Part shown: one piece after another, positions 1 to 7,789 of the stretch | How the letters are laid out: every line of letters starts with the position of its first letter | Position numbering within the stretch: the stretch's first letter is position 1 | Origin: Candidatus Saccharimonadota bacterium | Lineage (GTDB): Bacteria; Patescibacteriota; Saccharimonadia; Saccharimonadales; Saccharimonadaceae | Length of the DNA: 64,000 nt | Assembly: GCA_024682595.1 (NCBI GenBank) | Contig: JAIKZA010000008.1 | Span: 10,697 to 74,696, forward strand | Direction of reading: 5' to 3' | Translations under genes and position numbers: made by a program | The notes under the pieces: generated by a model | The model's input: only the letters and a program-made list of their open reading frames with translations | Database searches by the model: none | What the model was told of the DNA's origin: nothing

Positions 1-46
1 AAGCTGCAGTCACAGCCAGCATAGCCGAAGTGTGGAGTTTTTTCAT
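1..46 (-). CDS. 5' end of a gene running off the left edge. The visible N-terminus MKKLHTSAMLAVTAA looks like a signal peptide.
   Basis: ATG at 46-44 on the minus strand, frame open to base 1. Only 15 codons are visible. Confidence 0.25.
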   Translation of the reverse strand, partial: MKKLHTSAMLAVTAA

Positions 47-143
47 ATTTTTCTCTTTTATTTTTGTTTTTGACCTTTTGTAAACTTATAGTAACATTTG
101 AGTGACCAAAATGCAAGTGCTTTTTTATCACAATAAATGGAAC

Positions 144-172
144 TTGACTTTTCCACCGTATCTTTGTACACT
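144..172 (+). promoter_or_regulatory. Candidate sigma70-type promoter for tRNA-Asn
   Basis: TTGACT (144-149), 17-nt spacer, TACACT (167-172). The tRNA 5' end lies 11 nt downstream. Confidence 0.4.
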
Positions 173-182
173 TAGATTACCT

Positions 183-257
183 TCCCCTGTAGCTCAATGG
201 TGGAGCAAGAAGCTGTTAACTTCGAGGTTGCCAGTTCGAGTCTGGCCGGGGGAGCCA
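183..257 (+). tRNA. tRNA-Asn (anticodon GTT), 75 nt with encoded CCA
   Basis: Hand-folded cloverleaf. Acceptor TCCCCTG/CGGGGGA, D stem GCTC/GAGC, anticodon loop CTGTTAA, T stem GCCAG/CTGGC with TTCGAGT loop, then discriminator G and CCA. Confidence 0.9.
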
Positions 258-1742
258 AGATTGAGTTTTTGACATTGATGATAACGTATTAAAGGGCTCT
301 AACAGATTACAGTTGAGCCTTTTTTGGTCGATTTTAAGGTTCGAAAATAAAAGTTTCAAAATCTTGTTCTTTTGCTCTGGTTTCGAACTTTCAAATATTG
401 TTCGTGCCTTTGAGGCTAGTTCTAACAGATAAGAACGGCTTACATCGAAACTTTTGTCATTGTTTGTCAGTTCCATTAACTTGCTATCCTTTTCGTTGAT
501 TTCGGCTTCTATCTTTGTCGCAATTTTGTCATACTCATCCACAGTAATACGACCGTTTAGCCTATCTTCATACAATATCTCTTTTTTCTTTGTAGCCTTT
601 TCTATACCATCACGGACTTCTTTAATCGCATTACGGTAGTAAAGTTGGATATTGTCGTGTTTTTCCTTCAAGTCTGCTACTATTTCATCTACTAGAGTTT
701 GGCTGATACTGATTTTATCAAGCACCGAACATACTTGCGACAAAATTTCTTCTTCCGAAGCGTGGTTTCCGCATTTACCCTTTGCTTGTGAGCACTTTAC
801 GTAAATATGACCTTTCTTGTAATAGGAACTCATACTGCATCCACAGACACCACATTTCAATATGCCGTTCAGAGCAAAGTGATATTTCGTGTCGACCTTA
901 TTTTTCTTACATCCTTCATTAGTTCTTATTAGTTGGGCTCTGTCGAAGGTTCTTTTGTCGATAATTGGCTCGTATTTATGCGGGTATAAGTTGCCGTCGT
1001 ATCGCATAACACCATAATAAAACGGATTACTTAGTACACCTTCGATGACACTCTTTGAGATAGGCTTTGGGCGTTTAGTGTTGCTTGTCATACCCTCGCT
1101 TCGCATAGTATTAGCAATACTTCTGAACGTTTCGCCTTTTAGCCTCAAGTCGAAAATCTTTTCGATATATTGTCGTCTGGCTGGGTCAGGGATAATACCT
1201 TTCTTGCCGTTCGGTAAGTTAATGTTTATGTAGCCTATTGGTGCTTTTCCAGGGAATTCGCCATCGTGAAGTTTCTGTTCAATCCTACGCTTTACGTTGT
1301 CGGAAATTGCGGATGAATAGTATTCGCCGAATACCATACCGATACCTAGACGGGTTTTATCGCAGGCTGGCGAGTTTTTATGAAAGACTAGACCGTCTGA
1401 CGGAAAGTGTAATTCCAGTTTCCCATCTCTAACTCTATCTTTCAAAATTCTTACTACTTCAGATGTAGCATCACGAGTAAAGCGGTCGATTTTATCGAAC
1501 ACTACAACTGCCTTTTCTTCGCAATGAGCAATATCCATTACTATCTCTTGGAATTTTCGACGGTCTTCTTTGTAAGCCGTTTCATCAAAACTGTGTAAAG
1601 TGGCTCTTAGCCCTAACTGCTCAGCATAATTTTTTAGCCTTAATTCCTGAGCAGGTAGTGCATCGACCTGGCTTGGGTCGGATACCCGTGCAATTAAAAA
1701 TGCCTTCATCCCTTCATAGTTAGTTTTCGTATTAAAATTCAT
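216..1742 (-). CDS. Large serine recombinase (integrase)
   Basis: N-terminal resolvase domain (AFLIARVSDPSQ, catalytic Ser context), recombinase domain, Cys-rich zinc ribbon (CGVCGCSM...CSQAKGKCGNH) and a coiled coil. The stop TAA (218-216) lies antisense within the tRNA anticodon loop. An alternative start at M12 (1709) is possible. Confidence 0.9.
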   Translation of the reverse strand: MNFNTKTNYEGMKAFLIARVSDPSQVDALPAQELRLKNYAEQLGLRATLHSFDETAYKEDRRKFQEIVMDIAHCEEKAVVVFDKIDRFTRDATSEVVRILKDRVRDGKLELHFPSDGLVFHKNSPACDKTRLGIGMVFGEYYSSAISDNVKRRIEQKLHDGEFPGKAPIGYININLPNGKKGIIPDPARRQYIEKIFDLRLKGETFRSIANTMRSEGMTSNTKRPKPISKSVIEGVLSNPFYYGVMRYDGNLYPHKYEPIIDKRTFDRAQLIRTNEGCKKNKVDTKYHFALNGILKCGVCGCSMSSYYKKGHIYVKCSQAKGKCGNHASEEEILSQVCSVLDKISISQTLVDEIVADLKEKHDNIQLYYRNAIKEVRDGIEKATKKKEILYEDRLNGRITVDEYDKIATKIEAEINEKDSKLMELTNNDKSFDVSRSYLLELASKARTIFESSKPEQKNKILKLLFSNLKIDQKRLNCNLLEPFNTLSSMSKTQSWLPRPDSNWQPRS

Positions 1743-1799
1743 AATTATCCTTTCGTTTACTTTATATTATATAACATTACTTAACAATATGTACCAAAA

Positions 1800-2921
1800 T
1801 TATAGCAATAAAAAGTAGTTTTTCATCCTTGTCGGCTTCTTTCTTCTTATTACGTCGCTTATCTTCGTTAGAACTTTCAAATTATCATCTTCTGGCAAAG
1901 GCAAAATACTCTTTGATAATCGATACCAGGCTTTGCTTCCTAACTTCTTTTCGATGAGGCTTCTAGCATTCCTGCTATCATCCGAACTAGCCATAAGTGA
2001 GTAGTACCCTAAACTTGCCAAGAGGTTCATCGGTCGGACATTGTCATTAGTGAGCAGTTTTACAAGGATGTTGTCAGGAGTTTGAAAATCTAATTGAGCC
2101 TTTGGAACCTTGCTCAAAATTCTTTGCCAATGGTAATTTACGACTTTGCTCGAAATATCGGATGAGAATAATCTGCCGAATGTTAGGTCGTCTGATGGCA
2201 GACCAATCTTTTCGAGCATAGAGCGTATTTGCTTCTTGCCGTTAAGTCTAACCTCAACACGAAGAACCGAGATGTTTCTGTTTTTATTGAAGGCATCGAT
2301 TAAATTTTGTTGCACCAGACTATCGCTTTCGTATGCTCTTTTCGGGCTTTTGATACTTTGTTTTAAATCTTCAACCTTGTCGTAAAGTGCCACGTCTAGT
2401 GCGTTTGTGTGGATATGAAAAATGTGTCCGCCATTACGAAATGTATCTTTTTCCACGTCATACACTTTAGATATGTCAGCACGTCTTACGATACCAGTAA
2501 TGTAGGAAACTGGCATACCGTTATCCAAGACAATGTTTTTCGAGTAATCAATTTTTGATACTTCTAAGTTCTCAAGTTGGAACTTAAATAGCCACAAAGA
2601 TTTCATTTCTCTTAGTACGTCAGACAGAGCCTTTAGGACGGTTGGGAAATCATCGTCAGTCAACTCATCGAAATTATTATTGAATACCAATTTCGGAACA
2701 GATAGTTCTATGGCGAGTTGATATGTTTTACCGCCTCTTGCTGGTCTTTCGGTATACGTCAGCCTCGGATAATACTTTCCAGTCTTTTTCATCATCACTG
2801 TTGGGTTGTATATGCCTTGGATAACACCCTTTTCTTGCTCTTTAAAGAGTTGGAAGTCCAGGTCGCTTTTACGCAACGGTCTAGATAAGTTCATAGTCAG
2901 TTTTACCGTGTCTATCATCAT
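1800..2921 (-). CDS. Putative replication initiation protein (filamentous-phage gpII / Phage_CRI-like family)
   Basis: The N-terminus MIDTVKLTMNL and the IELSVPKLVFNNNFDEL block recall gpII-type MIDMLVL... and ASPAKVLQGHNVFG. The match is from memory, not a search. Start chosen at MMIDTV; the ORF track extends to 2942. Confidence 0.5.
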   Translation of the reverse strand: MMIDTVKLTMNLSRPLRKSDLDFQLFKEQEKGVIQGIYNPTVMMKKTGKYYPRLTYTERPARGGKTYQLAIELSVPKLVFNNNFDELTDDDFPTVLKALSDVLREMKSLWLFKFQLENLEVSKIDYSKNIVLDNGMPVSYITGIVRRADISKVYDVEKDTFRNGGHIFHIHTNALDVALYDKVEDLKQSIKSPKRAYESDSLVQQNLIDAFNKNRNISVLRVEVRLNGKKQIRSMLEKIGLPSDDLTFGRLFSSDISSKVVNYHWQRILSKVPKAQLDFQTPDNILVKLLTNDNVRPMNLLASLGYYSLMASSDDSRNARSLIEKKLGSKAWYRLSKSILPLPEDDNLKVLTKISDVIRRKKPTRMKNYFLLL

Positions 2922-3183
2922 TACTTCTTTCGAACAGTTCATTACATTTTTTAATGATTAAGTTTTCTAATTGCTTACCGCATTCCGAGTTGATTGGATG
3001 GAAAACGTTCAGATATTTCGTTCCTATTCTTTTTGTTGGATAAAGTATCCTGTATGAGCCGTCTAGGCGTGTATACACGGCGATTGAGCCGAGATATATG
3101 TTGTCATCGATTACTACGCTCGCAAACGCTACAAGACCATCCTGTGGCTTTACGGGGCATATTTTTACTTCACTTATCTTCAT
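2881..3183 (-). CDS. spoVG: SpoVG-family protein
   Basis: MKISEVKI..DGLVAFASVVIDDNIYLGSIAV...YPTKR....FHPINS aligns well with B. subtilis SpoVG (MEVTDVRL..AIASITLD..PSKR..IAHPINS). AAAGGAA Shine-Dalgarno (SD) before the ATG at 3183. Confidence 0.75.
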   Translation of the reverse strand: MKISEVKICPVKPQDGLVAFASVVIDDNIYLGSIAVYTRLDGSYRILYPTKRIGTKYLNVFHPINSECGKQLENLIIKKCNELFERSNDDRHGKTDYELI

Positions 3184-3295
3184 ATTCCTTTGCCTGCTTA
3201 CTGTTTTCATTGTCAAAATCCGCTTCCATTAAAGCGTCGATGAAGGCGACTAGCCTTTCTTTTTGCTCTGTGGTTAATTCGGATTTATTATTCAT
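3170..3295 (-). CDS. Small acidic ORF, 41 aa (MNNKSELTTEQKERLVAFIDALMEADFDNENSKQAKEYEDK)
   Basis: Found by reading; it is below the ORF-track size cut-off. Its stop overlaps the spoVG-like ATG. TATAGT sits 6 nt upstream of its ATG. Confidence 0.3.
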   Translation of the reverse strand: MNNKSELTTEQKERLVAFIDALMEADFDNENSKQAKEYEDK

Positions 3296-3308
3296 AGCCC
3301 GACTATAC

Positions 3309-3340
3309 AAAAAATGACTCTGTACAATTTCATACAGAGT
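3309..3340 (-). terminator. Rho-independent terminator after the 310-aa gene
   Basis: Perfect 8-bp stem ACTCTGTA/TACAGAGT (3317-3324 / 3333-3340) with an 8-nt loop, followed on the minus strand by TTTTTT (3309-3314). Confidence 0.65.
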
Positions 3341-3369
3341 TTACAGAGAGAAAATTGACGGTTTTTAAA

Positions 3370-4302
3370 TTATTTGAACAACTTTGGGTTCAAAATATAT
3401 GTATTATTGCCGTCCTGGATAATTAGTTTTTCGCCAAGACCCGTTGCCAGCATAAATCGGTTATTTATGTTGCGAATAGACTGATACACCTTCCTTTGAA
3501 ATTTTGCGTGTTCTTCATTGCTTTCGCTAAACCAATCTCTGTTTTCGCATTTTTCGTAGAAATCTACTGGCTCGTATGACCTAGTTTTACTGAAGTTTTT
3601 TCGACCAAAGAAGATATGAAGTAGAACTGATGCTATTCCGCCCTTAAATTGGATAGTCTTACCGTTAATTTCTAATGTAGAATGGCTATTATTTACAAAA
3701 CCTATGTCAGCAATCGTTGCAGGGATAGAATATTTTTCTGTTCTTTCTTCTAGTGTGGCTATTTTTGCAAGAATTAACTTTTGACTTTCTTTTATGTCTG
3801 ATATTCCTGCAACAAACTGTAAATCTGCCGAATTCTTATAGACAATACCATTATCGTTATATTTTTCTTCTATCTCAGCAGACATCGATACTAGACAGGA
3901 CGAGCCACTCTGTATTTCGTCTATCTTTGAAACGCTTTTTGTGGCTTCTTCGTAGACTTCTGAGATTGAGTTAATCGCTTTGAGCGATAATGTAATATCC
4001 TTGCCGATAGCCTGCGACGGCGTAATGTCTATTCGTAAACTACTTGTAGCACTTAAGAAACTGTTTATTAGTTCCTGGGTCGGAGCAAAGGCTCTTTGGA
4101 CAGACTGGACAAATTCATCTAAACTTGAGACAAATGTGGCATTTGCAAAAAGTCTGTTTTGCTGGTCGGCTACACTTTGAATAGCGTTTTGGAGTCCTGA
4201 GGTTCGGGCGGTCAATATTTCCGAAATTCCGCTCAAATTATAAAGGCTAGGTATAGCCGTTAACTGCTCAGGATGTGGTTTTACATCTTTCAAATCTGTC
4301 AT
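3370..4302 (-). CDS. Hypothetical protein with a probable C-terminal winged-helix (OmpR/CadC-like) DNA-binding domain; candidate island regulator
   Basis: Long ORF divergent from the excisionase gene. The C-terminal pattern LEINGKTIQFKG...VYQSIRNINNRF...LIIQDGNNTYILNP resembles the trans_reg_C layout. Confidence 0.5.
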   Translation of the reverse strand: MTDLKDVKPHPEQLTAIPSLYNLSGISEILTARTSGLQNAIQSVADQQNRLFANATFVSSLDEFVQSVQRAFAPTQELINSFLSATSSLRIDITPSQAIGKDITLSLKAINSISEVYEEATKSVSKIDEIQSGSSCLVSMSAEIEEKYNDNGIVYKNSADLQFVAGISDIKESQKLILAKIATLEERTEKYSIPATIADIGFVNNSHSTLEINGKTIQFKGGIASVLLHIFFGRKNFSKTRSYEPVDFYEKCENRDWFSESNEEHAKFQRKVYQSIRNINNRFMLATGLGEKLIIQDGNNTYILNPKLFK

Positions 4303-4344
4303 TACTTTTTCCCGTAGTTCTATTAAATATTGTATAATAAAAGT
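4303..4344. promoter_or_regulatory. 42-bp divergent promoter/operator region
   Basis: TATAAT at 4333-4338 (plus strand) lies 6 nt before the ATG at 4345. TACAAT on the minus strand faces the 310-aa gene. Confidence 0.4.
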
Positions 4345-4536
4345 ATGAAAAGTGAGAAAGAATTACCTGAGTATCTTACCCTGCAAGAGGTAAGCCAAAT
4401 GCTAAAAGTTCATCCCAATACCTTAAGGGCGTGGGACAACAATGGAACGCTGAAGGCGGTACGAATTGGAGCCAAAAAAATCCGTCGCTACCGAAAAGTA
4501 GATATTGATAATTATGTCGAACAAAGGTTGATATAG
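4345..4536 (+). CDS. Excisionase / MerR-type helix-turn-helix DNA-binding protein
   Basis: LTLQEVSQMLKVHPNTLRAWDNNGTLKAVRIGAKKIRRYR matches the HTH_17/excisionase pattern. The ATG at 4345 is preferred over the TTG at 4330, which overlaps the -10 box. Confidence 0.8.
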   Translation: MKSEKELPEYLTLQEVSQMLKVHPNTLRAWDNNGTLKAVRIGAKKIRRYRKVDIDNYVEQRLI

Positions 4537-4585
4537 AAGCATTAAAACATATCGAGCGTGAGATTATGGGGTATAAAAAAACGGT

Positions 4586-6067
4586 ATGCTAACAGTTAAA
4601 AACCTTGTTAAATATTACGGTGAGGATTTGGTACTTGGGGGTGTATCTCTGACGGTGGATTTTGGTGAAAAAGTGGGGCTTGTCGGTGTGAACGGAGCAG
4701 GTAAATCGACCTTACTCAAAATCATTGCAGGAATTGAAAAGGCAGATGATGGAAAAATTGAAACTGGCAAAACTGGTACGATTGGTTTTTTGCGACAGGA
4801 GTTTAGTTTAGTCGAAGAAGCACAACTCGTTGAGGACTACATTACAGCATCAAATATACCCTCGCAAAACTTATACAAAGTCGACATCATTCTTGACGGA
4901 TTAGACTTCCCGCAACCATTAAGGAATAGTCGTATTTCCGATTTAAGTGGTGGACAAAAAAGCAAATTGTTATTGGCTTTGGCATTGTTGGATGGAGAAG
5001 ATATATTACTACTAGACGAACCAACTAACAATCTAGACCTGGATGCGATAATGTGGCTCGAAAACTACCTCATTGGCACTACTACGCCTATGATTATTGT
5101 TTCGCACGACCGTAGATTTTTGAATAAAATCACTACTAAAATACTAGAAATTGACGAAGCGACAAGAAAAATCAAGGAGTATGCTGGCAATTATGATTTC
5201 TATCACGAAATGAAAAGGCTAGAATTGGAACATTCGATTTCAGCGTACGAACAATACCAAACAAAGGTAGCCAGTCTAGAAGCAGACATTAGGCAGAAGA
5301 AGCAGTGGGCAATGAAGGGTCAGAGGTATATTCCAAAAGATAATGACAAATTCGATAAGGGATTTATGCGAGACCGCTCAAAGAGTTTAACGAAATCAGC
5401 GAAAAGTTTGGAAAGAAAAATCGGACAACTAGAGAAAGTTGACCGCCCAGACTTAAAACAGCCTCTTAAAATTGAGATTGATGAAACAAAGATTAAAGGT
5501 TCAACTCTAATCCGTCTAACAGACTTGGTGTGTGGGTATAATGATGGATTTCAAACTAAACCTATTACTTTTGACTGTCAATTTGGAGAGCGAGTAGTTA
5601 TTCTAGGTAAAAACGGGACTGGAAAATCTACCTTAATTAAGACAATCTCTGGGGAAATTCCTCAGTTATCTGGCGATATAAGCATAGGGACTGGAATTAG
5701 GATAGGATATATCTCTCAAGACACGAAAATGGATACCGAGAAGACAGTGAGCGAATATCTGCTTGGTGATGATAGAGACAAAACAACCGTGTTTACAGTA
5801 ATGAAACGTTTTAACTTCCCCTACGAAAACCGAAATAAATTATATCGAGATTTAAGTCCAGGGGAACGCACTAGAGTAATGTTGGCAAGATTTGCTCTGA
5901 ATGGAGTTAACACGCTTTTACTAGATGAGCCGACGAACCACCTCGACATTGAAGCCTTGGAAGCACTAGAGGAATTGTTGACAAGTTTTAGCGGTAGTGT
6001 TATTTTAGCAAGCCACGACCGAAGTTTAATAGAAAAAATTCACCCAACAAAACAAGTTGAGATGTGA
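4586..6067 (+). CDS. ABC-F family ATPase (two nucleotide-binding domains (NBDs), no transmembrane (TM) domain)
   Basis: Walker A GVNGAGKST and GKNGTGKST. Signatures LSGGQKSK and LSPGERTR. Walker B LLLDEPTNNLD and LLLDEPTNHLD. A charged inter-domain linker of about 95 aa. Confidence 0.9.
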   Translation: MLTVKNLVKYYGEDLVLGGVSLTVDFGEKVGLVGVNGAGKSTLLKIIAGIEKADDGKIETGKTGTIGFLRQEFSLVEEAQLVEDYITASNIPSQNLYKVDIILDGLDFPQPLRNSRISDLSGGQKSKLLLALALLDGEDILLLDEPTNNLDLDAIMWLENYLIGTTTPMIIVSHDRRFLNKITTKILEIDEATRKIKEYAGNYDFYHEMKRLELEHSISAYEQYQTKVASLEADIRQKKQWAMKGQRYIPKDNDKFDKGFMRDRSKSLTKSAKSLERKIGQLEKVDRPDLKQPLKIEIDETKIKGSTLIRLTDLVCGYNDGFQTKPITFDCQFGERVVILGKNGTGKSTLIKTISGEIPQLSGDISIGTGIRIGYISQDTKMDTEKTVSEYLLGDDRDKTTVFTVMKRFNFPYENRNKLYRDLSPGERTRVMLARFALNGVNTLLLDEPTNHLDIEALEALEELLTSFSGSVILASHDRSLIEKIHPTKQVEM

Positions 6068-6086
6068 GTTAAAAGGCGAACGAATA

Positions 6087-6317
6087 TTAATTAATCGACC
6101 ACTTCGAGTCGACTTCATACCATTGGATTAGACTAATTACTTTTTCGGCTATTTTTGTGTCTGTTTTTGCTTGTTCGACATAGTTATGCGCTATTCTTTG
6201 CACTATCGTGAAATCGCTCATATCAAGGTCGTTAAAATCCGCCTCTTTTATAGATGAAAACTGTTTCATCCAGTATGCTAACTCTTTTTTGGTTGTGCTA
6301 TCGTTGATATTATCCAT
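6087..6317 (-). CDS. Hypothetical small acidic protein (76 aa)
   Basis: ORF overlaps the stop of the upstream HNH gene by 8 nt, suggesting translational coupling. Confidence 0.5.
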   Translation of the reverse strand: MDNINDSTTKKELAYWMKQFSSIKEADFNDLDMSDFTIVQRIAHNYVEQAKTDTKIAEKVISLIQWYEVDSKWSIN

Positions 6318-7263
6318 TATTGTCTTCCTCTTTCGTCAATTGCCATTCGAGGTTATCACTTTTGGCTTGATTATCTTCGGGCTTTAGTAATTGCAAGTTA
6401 GTATAGTGGCACAACTCTATGACATCTTGCTCAGTCTTAGCGGTGGCTAACGGTATAATATGGTCTATATGGTAAGGCTCGCCGTTCCACTCTGTGCCGT
6501 AATTTGCTTGCCAAGTGCCTAATAAATAATCGACAAAGGTATTAAAATCACAACCTAGTATTTGCTCGGTCTTAGTACCTTTCTTATATCCCGTGCGGTT
6601 AAAAGAGTTGCGTATAAGGTTGCGGGTTTGCTCTTTTAATTTTAATATCGGGTCGTTGGCTAGTCTTTTAATAGCGTATGCCGTGTGCTTTTTCTGTATC
6701 TCTACCTTGTTTGCTTGGTAATATGCTTGTCGCCACTCGGCTCGCTTTTCTTTATGTTTATGGTAGTTGGCTCGGTTCTTTTCTAAATACTTTTCGTGGT
6801 CGGCATAATACTCATCTTTTTTCTTTGCCAAAATCTCGTCGTGGTTCTCTTTGTAATAGTTGGCTTTGTAGGCTTTTCTCTCATCTATATGCTCTTGCCA
6901 ATACTTTTTATGCCACTCGCTAATCTCGTCTTGGTGTGTGGCTCTGTAAGCCTGTTGATAGGCTATCACGGCGTCGGTATTAGCCCTATAATAAGTTTTT
7001 TGCCTTTCTAGTACACGCTCTTTGTTTTTCTCGTAATACTCTTTGCCTTTTTCTTTAATATAGTCGGCGTTTTGCTCTCTGTATTTTTTATTGTAATCGC
7101 TTAACTTTTGCTTATTCTCTCGGTAGTAATCTTGCCTTGCTTGGTATCGGCAAGCCTTGCACTCATTGCGATATTTGCCCGTATCTCGCCTAAAAATAAA
7201 CTCGGTTAGAGGCTTAGTCTTACCGCACTTTGTACAAATCTTTGTATCGTTCTGCACGTTCAT
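6310..7263 (-). CDS. HNH endonuclease with an N-terminal zinc ribbon and about ten 15-aa YYxxN helical repeats
   Basis: CTKCGKTK...CKACRY zinc ribbon. Repeats run from YYRENKQKL to YYQANKVEI. C-terminal HNH core YHIDHIIPL....NLQLL..EDNQAK. AAGGA SD. Confidence 0.8.
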   Translation of the reverse strand: MNVQNDTKICTKCGKTKPLTEFIFRRDTGKYRNECKACRYQARQDYYRENKQKLSDYNKKYREQNADYIKEKGKEYYEKNKERVLERQKTYYRANTDAVIAYQQAYRATHQDEISEWHKKYWQEHIDERKAYKANYYKENHDEILAKKKDEYYADHEKYLEKNRANYHKHKEKRAEWRQAYYQANKVEIQKKHTAYAIKRLANDPILKLKEQTRNLIRNSFNRTGYKKGTKTEQILGCDFNTFVDYLLGTWQANYGTEWNGEPYHIDHIIPLATAKTEQDVIELCHYTNLQLLKPEDNQAKSDNLEWQLTKEEDNNG

Positions 7264-7432
7264 CTTTTATCCTTAAGGCGTATGCTTGGCAATGTTGTCT
7301 GTATTATTAATATTATAACATTTTTCTACACTTTCGCTGTTTGCCACATCTTGCGAAGCATTGATATAATTGTTCTGTTGATATAAAATTACTTTGACTT
7401 CCTCAAGTTTTTCCGAGTCATAGGAAAAGAGA

Positions 7433-7464
7433 GCGGTTCGAAATGTGTCCGCCAACGGGAGCCA
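7433..7464 (+). repeat. att-like degenerate copy of the tRNA-Asn 3' end (copy B)
   Basis: GTGTCCGCCAACGGGAGCCA (7445-7464) matches tRNA 238-257 at 14/20 positions, including the terminal GGGAGCCA. A GGTTCGAA T-loop-like stretch lies upstream. Confidence 0.6.
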
Positions 7465-7755
7465 TTTTTGACTATTCGCACAATTTGATAACGATTTGAA
7501 AGGCTCTAACAGATTAAATTGGAGTCTTTTTTGATTGATTTTAAGGTTCGAAAATAATAGTTTCAAAATCTTGTTCTGCTGCTCTGGTTTCGAATTTTCA
7601 AATATAGTTCGTGCCTTTGACGCTAGTTCTAACAGACAAGAGCGGCTTATATCGAAACTTTTGTCATTGTTTGTCAGTTCCATTAACTTGCTATCCTTTT
7701 CGTTGATTTCGGCTTCTATCTTTGTCGCAATTTTGTCATACTCATCCACAGTAAT
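7465..7755 (-). pseudogene. 3' fragment of a second large serine recombinase gene
   Basis: Colinear, ungapped with 258-548. The last 250 nt or so are about 90 percent identical by eye. It encodes DEYDKIATKIEAEINEKDSKLMELTNNDKSF..., nearly identical to the C-terminus of the intact recombinase. No N-terminal catalytic domain is present. Confidence 0.85.
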
Positions 7756-7789
7756 GCACCCGTTGCCCGGCCCCGGGAACCAAAATTTA

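Larger units (their letters stand above)
258..7464. mobile_element. Integrated element E1 at the tRNA-Asn 3' end. It carries a serine recombinase, gpII-like Rep, SpoVG-like protein, regulator, excisionase-type HTH, ABC-F and HNH genes.
   Basis: It starts directly after the tRNA CCA. It ends at a degenerate copy of the tRNA 3' end (7433-7464). Gene content is typical of mobile DNA. Confidence 0.7.

Noticed and set aside
4586-7263. Septu-like defence pair (ABC ATPase plus HNH nuclease)
   Set aside because: The ATPase is a classical two-NBD ABC-F with LSGGQ signatures rather than a PtuA/AAA_21-type protein. The two genes are convergent and not in one operon.
258-7464. Inovirus-type (filamentous) prophage, considered because of the gpII-like initiator
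   Set aside because: There is no Zot/gpI-type ATPase, no small hydrophobic coat proteins and no gpIII-like adsorption protein. The cargo is ABC-F and HNH instead.
7273-7749. 158-aa ORF treated as an intact gene
   Set aside because: It begins in the middle of the recombinase coiled-coil region and lacks catalytic and zinc-ribbon domains. It is the run-on of a truncated duplicate, so it is called a pseudogene (7465-7755) plus the E1 right arm.
7766-7780. CCCGGCCCCGGG palindrome as a terminator or recombination hairpin
   Set aside because: The 5-bp arms are separated by only 2 nt, so they cannot form a stable hairpin. It is kept only as a compositional marker of the truncation scar.
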